From positions 930,001 to 994,000 of the forward strand of contig OX337231.1 in the NCBI GenBank assembly GCA_946965045.2: a stretch of DNA of 64,000 bases, given 5' to 3'. The stretch is from Epithemia pelagica. Lineage: Eukaryota; Protista; Bacillariophyta. The notes beneath the pieces were generated by a model that searched no databases, was not told the origin of the DNA, and saw nothing but the letters and a program-made list of their open reading frames with translations. Shown piece by piece: positions 59,428-64,000 of the stretch. Every line of letters starts with the position of its first letter. The first letter of the stretch is position 1. The position numbers and the translations under genes were made by a program.

Positions 59428-62310
59428 ATGACTTTCTCTGGTTCCAATCCGTTCCTCGACGATATCTTTCCGAAGAAACCGTCGTCGGCCAAGGGATCTG
59501 ATCCCCCTGCTCCTTTCTCGTCTGCTCCCGTGGCAGCCGTCGTCTCCCAACCTGACGATCCGAAAGGAGATCAGAAACCTTCCGCCTCCAACAAGAAGTC
59601 CTCTCTCAAGGCTCATGCTCCTAAAGAAGATGATGACATTTACTCTGTCGAGTCCGATTCCGAAGCCCAAGAGAAACTTTTCCCTGAAGCCAAGACCATC
59701 TCTGCTTCTAGCGACAAGACCAAGAACCCCAAGGCTCCGCCTCCTCTTGCTTTGAAACGCTTCGATTCTCTCATTGCTTCCAAAGAAGATCCAACTGGCA
59801 ACGATGATGAACTTCTCCTCACGGAAGGAGAGATTGGTACTGACCCTGACGACAAAAACCCACCCTTTCTTCTTCGTGCAGGCGCCTATCGTCATGAGTT
59901 CTATTTCACTCATGATTTCCACAAGCTCTCCGACAAGTCTCTCGAATACATCTTTTCAGAACTCGAGAAATCTGCTCCGATTGATTGGTGTGACTCCTTT
60001 TTCAAGCCCCTCCACGTCACTTTGACCCGTGATCCTTCCCCTTGGTCAGAAGTTCGATCCAGCTTCAATCGTCTCACCTCCACGGACGATCTCCATGTTT
60101 GGTTGACCTCCAAGACGAAGAACCATCCTTTTGCTTTGTTGGGTTTGTCTTGCGGTGGTAACCCCTTTCTCTTTCACAACCTTTGTTGCCCTGAGAATTG
60201 TGGTTCCTTTATTGATCCCCAGATCCCGTTTTATGGTCTCAATCGCATCCCGTTCGAGTCCATCCCGTTCCAACTTGACAACGATGATGTTCCCCTCCTC
60301 TTAAGCGATCACGTGTTCTCTCAAGTCCCCACTTTTGCGGAGATCCTCGATCATTGCGTCGTTGAAATTGATGACTTCTCCCCGTCGTCATCTTTCCCTC
60401 ACCTGACCTTCGATTCATCCAAGTTCAAAAACTTCTCTGGTGTTGCTTCCAGCTCCTCTCCCTCCTCGAAGACCGATCGTGACTTTGTCTGCTCGAGCTT
60501 ATGCCTCTTCCCACCTTGTTTCTCTGGATTGATGCTCCACAACACCGATGCCTCGACCCACAATGTCAACGTCTCGTTTGAGGACTTAGCCAGTGGATTG
60601 TACAAGGTTGCCCTCCACCATTGGTGGACGTCCTCCATGGACAGTACCGTAGAGGTCAAGAAGAAAGGTATGCCTCTTGACTACCCTCTCCTCATGATTC
60701 AAGAGCCGATCATTCGCTTCCTTTGGATCGTTCTTCACCGTCGAGACAGCCCCAAGTTGCAGATTGTTTTCCCATCGATTCCCAAGGACCCTTCGAAAGC
60801 GAATTCCACGATTTCGATTCATCGCTCCCGAGTCTTTCCCAACCTTGCTCCTCAAGCCCGCACGACACCGTCATCCTCCAAGCGCCCATCTTTGCGTTGC
60901 TCCTCGTCCAATGTCCGCTTTCAATCGACATCTCCGGTTGATTGTTTGATGCCGCCTCAAGATACCTCCCCATCGACAGATCAGCTCTCTTCCCAAGGCA
61001 ATGGCGTCCGAATGCTTGACGACGATGGCAATGTCCATTTTGTCTCTCCCGAGATGTTCTTACTCTCGAAATGCATTAAGGAGATGACATCCAAGAAAAG
61101 CGGCAACGAAGATGACATCACTGCCCCTGAATCAAAAAGCATGTTTCGCGACATGCCACTGAACGCCCAGAAGACTTTGCGCCTTGGATCGATTACTTCA
61201 TCTGCCATCTCTTTACCAGATGAATTGTCCCAGATCATCAAAATCGTCTGGAAATCGAAAAACTCCGCAACATTCTTTGAGTCTTTTCTCGCCGAAGTCT
61301 TCGACCCCTCAGACAATGCATGCACCATCCTTTTCGGACAATGCACCGTCATTCAACGCTTGGGTTTACGTTGGAAGTCCGAAGCTTGTCCAGGGGGTTT
61401 CAGTCCCTTCTCGTTCGATCCCTACGCCATTCCAGGCTTGGATTCGAACAACACCCTGGACAAGAATATCCGACAACAGATTCATGACGCTTCCTTGTTT
61501 CACTTAAACGATATGAAACAATCCAAGGACATGCAGCAATTGTACTCTGACCACAACCTATTTTTCCCGAGAACAGCGGATGAGTTTGAAAAGCAGTTGC
61601 GTTCTTTCTGGGCATGCGCAAAAGGCCTTTGTGGCTCGGCTTCGATGATTGCGAACCAAGTTCTCAAGGTCTTGAACTTTTACCACAAGTTTCGGACAAA
61701 GATTATGGCCAAGCAACAGAGCTCGGGTAACGACTTTTATTTCGGGCAATTTCTTTTTGCCATCGACGAAGCTGTTCAAGAGTTCGTTGCGACCCTATCG
61801 AGTGCTTCATCACTAGCAGACATTGGCTTCAACGATTTCGAAGAACGCGTGAATTGGATCTTATTCAATGTCAAGACCGGTTCGACTCTCGTTTCCCTCC
61901 CTCCGGCACTACAAGCCAAATTCCAAGCCAACCAACTCAAGCACTCCCAAAAGAAACGTTCGGCAGGTTCTGATGACGGTTCTTCCAATCCCAAGCGTCA
62001 ACAGAATTCATCTTCGTCGAACTCTGACCCACCCAAGACCCCCATCACTTTTGACTCCCCATCCAATTGGCGACTTCCATCCGAATCCAATCACATGAGT
62101 GTGTTCCCACCAAGCGTTCTTTCCAACATCCCCTTCGTGACGAAAGATGGGGGGAAGAAGCAACATTTTTGCAACATCTTGTTCACCAAAGGAATCTGCA
62201 AGAAAGGCAAGAAATGTAAATTTCTTCATGATGATCCCAGCAAACACAACAAGAAAGAGGCCATGGACGAGTTCTACCGATCTGCATATGCCAATGCGAA
62301 TCGCAATTGA
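59428..62310 (+). CDS. Gag-like ORF1 of the DIRS/Ngaro-like element
   Basis: 960 aa from ATG 59428; terminal FCNILFTKGICKKGKKCKFLH finger; directly upstream of the RT. Confidence 0.7.
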   Translation: MTFSGSNPFLDDIFPKKPSSAKGSDPPAPFSSAPVAAVVSQPDDPKGDQKPSASNKKSSLKAHAPKEDDDIYSVESDSEAQEKLFPEAKTISASSDKTKNPKAPPPLALKRFDSLIASKEDPTGNDDELLLTEGEIGTDPDDKNPPFLLRAGAYRHEFYFTHDFHKLSDKSLEYIFSELEKSAPIDWCDSFFKPLHVTLTRDPSPWSEVRSSFNRLTSTDDLHVWLTSKTKNHPFALLGLSCGGNPFLFHNLCCPENCGSFIDPQIPFYGLNRIPFESIPFQLDNDDVPLLLSDHVFSQVPTFAEILDHCVVEIDDFSPSSSFPHLTFDSSKFKNFSGVASSSSPSSKTDRDFVCSSLCLFPPCFSGLMLHNTDASTHNVNVSFEDLASGLYKVALHHWWTSSMDSTVEVKKKGMPLDYPLLMIQEPIIRFLWIVLHRRDSPKLQIVFPSIPKDPSKANSTISIHRSRVFPNLAPQARTTPSSSKRPSLRCSSSNVRFQSTSPVDCLMPPQDTSPSTDQLSSQGNGVRMLDDDGNVHFVSPEMFLLSKCIKEMTSKKSGNEDDITAPESKSMFRDMPLNAQKTLRLGSITSSAISLPDELSQIIKIVWKSKNSATFFESFLAEVFDPSDNACTILFGQCTVIQRLGLRWKSEACPGGFSPFSFDPYAIPGLDSNNTLDKNIRQQIHDASLFHLNDMKQSKDMQQLYSDHNLFFPRTADEFEKQLRSFWACAKGLCGSASMIANQVLKVLNFYHKFRTKIMAKQQSSGNDFYFGQFLFAIDEAVQEFVATLSSASSLADIGFNDFEERVNWILFNVKTGSTLVSLPPALQAKFQANQLKHSQKKRSAGSDDGSSNPKRQQNSSSSNSDPPKTPITFDSPSNWRLPSESNHMSVFPPSVLSNIPFVTKDGGKKQHFCNILFTKGICKKGKKCKFLHDDPSKHNKKEAMDEFYRSAYANANRN

Positions 62311-64000
62311 CGCCAGGACGGGTTGATTGTTTCTTCATCATCGAATTCATCTTCCTTTTTGCGAGACGACTCTCGACCCACCGATAATAGTAAAAATATA
62401 GTCGCGGAGTCTTCTTCTTACTCCAAGCCTCTTTCACCTTCATCACCTTCCGCATCCAACATTGTTGCATCCTTCCTCCCTCCATTGGCGACACCGTCGT
62501 CTGACCAAAAACCCAAGATTCCAAGCACTGCGAACCCTTTTCTGGTTCATCATGTCACACAAGATTACTCAAGATACCCCGAGACTCGTCAACGAGAACT
62601 CTCCGATCTGATCTCGTCCGTTCAGAATCAATGTGTCATCACGTCTGATTCTGCTCCCAAGATCCGTTCGTCCATTGACGCATCCCCCTCCAACTCCACG
62701 ATTGCCACCAATCGTTCCCAACCAACCTCGAAGGATCTCGCAAGAGACTCCTTTTCCATTGGCACCCCAACAAGACCCCCAAGTCCCCCAAGTTCCCTTT
62801 CCGAAAATCTGCCCTCACAAATTGCGGAATCTCTCCCAGGGAGCTCCTCTGCAATCATCGGGTCTGATTTTTCCGGCAAGCCATTACAACGAAATGTGAA
62901 AAGACTTGAACAAGCTCGAAAAGCGGATTTAAATTTACTAGGTGAGTCTAACATTGCTGATGACACAGAGTTTCGTTCCCCAAGTTCCGCTCTATGCTAC
63001 CTTCCCAATAAGATTTCCACGATTTTTCCCTCAAGACTGGCCCCTCCTCCACTCCAACCGATTAGCCACCCAATTCGTCTTTCCGTCATGCTTTTCATCG
63101 CCGATCACAAGCCATCAACCCCCAAGCCATCACCCTTTTGTCACTCTATCGACGATTCTGTTGTTTTGTCCAATGCAACCTTCAACTCACAGCTGATTGA
63201 ACGGTTTGATTTTGACATGCAACGAGTGATCGACAGTCACCCCGACTCCGTCATCACACCCGGCTCGGAATTTCGCACAGCCCAAATTCTCGAACCACTC
63301 CTAGCCGGCCACCCATACTGGTCACGGTTTCACCACAATATCACGCATGGTGTCTCCTATCCTCTCACAGCTGAGGAAGACGAGCCAGCCAGACGCGCTG
63401 AAAACGAGGCAATCCTCGAATACGGCAATCACGCCTCTGGTAAAAAGAATCCAGAAGCTCTCTCGAAAGTCCTCCGCAAAGACGCTTCGAAAGGTTTCTC
63501 CCTTCCAATCACCTTCGACTGTGCCAAACGTATCAAGCACAGCCGAATCAGTCCCATGGGCGTCGCTCACCAACTCGGCATCGATGCCAACGGCGACCTT
63601 GTTCCGAAAGACCGCTTGACACACGACCAGTCCTTTTCCCTCGGATTTTGCCCCTCGACCAACGACTTGATCGACCAAAGCAAATTGATTGACCTTGTGA
63701 TGGGCCACTGTTTAGACCGTGTTCTCCACCAGATTGTTGCATTGCGTTGGAAATTTCCCACCGATCGCATCCTCATCAGCAAGTTTGATTGGTCATCTGC
63801 CTATCGTCGCGTCCATGGCGATGGCGATGTCGCAGCAAGGAATATTACCATTGACCCCTCCAATTCCTTTGCTCACCTCAATCTACGGTTGACCTTTGGA
63901 GCATCCGCCAACCCGGCCGAATTTTCCATCGTCTCGGAAATTGGAACTGACTTCTGCAACGACCTGGCCGATTTCGATGAATGGCAGCCAGACCTTTGTC
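62311..64000 (+). CDS. Reverse transcriptase ORF (partial), same frame as gag
   Basis: Not in the ORF track because it is truncated. Manual translation shows 563 stop-free codons with GSEFR...LEPLLAGHPYW, YGNHASG, ISPMGV, KDRLTHDQSF, ILISKFDWSSAYRRVH and LRLTFGASANPAEF. First ATG is at 63088. Confidence 0.85.

Larger units (their letters stand above)
59090..64000 (+). mobile_element. DIRS/Ngaro-like retrotransposon, 5' part (left boundary approximate, 3' end off window)
   Basis: Gag-like ORF ending in a CCCH finger, followed by an RT with DIRS/Ngaro-type motifs. The tyrosine recombinase and terminal repeats cannot be verified inside the window. Confidence 0.75.

Noticed and set aside
51034-64000. 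Idea that the neighbouring DIRS/Ngaro RT complements the RT-less Gypsy
   Set aside because: Only proximity supports it; the RT classes, priming and packaging differ, and a full-length Gypsy relative is the more likely helper.

Overview
This is a eukaryotic nuclear window, almost certainly from a diatom: it has an Lhcf-type fucoxanthin-chlorophyll protein, bipartite plastid-targeting presequences and intron-poor genes. Bases 1-48,200 are gene-dense (~21 genes). They include a plastid-targeted RecN, a tandem-PH protein, a GRDP, a sulfotransferase-like protein, PTPMT1, an OTU deubiquitinase, a Nudix hydrolase, a RING-H2 protein and a DysF protein. The same stretch holds five paralogues sharing one ankyrin-like head followed by coiled or helical tails, plus two headless genes that reuse a ~70-aa helical repeat from one of them. 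Bases 48,800-64,000 form a dynamic region. It contains a duplicated P-loop NTPase gene (one copy with a nonsense mutation) and a very young 4,578-bp Ty3/Gypsy element (204-bp LTRs with 1 mismatch, TGTTC target-site duplication). That element keeps Gag, protease, RNase H and integrase but has no reverse transcriptase and no canonical tRNA primer site. The window ends in the 5' part of a DIRS/Ngaro-like retrotransposon whose gag and RT lie in one frame separated by a single UGA-C. All calls come from motif recognition and manual translation; no database searches were run.
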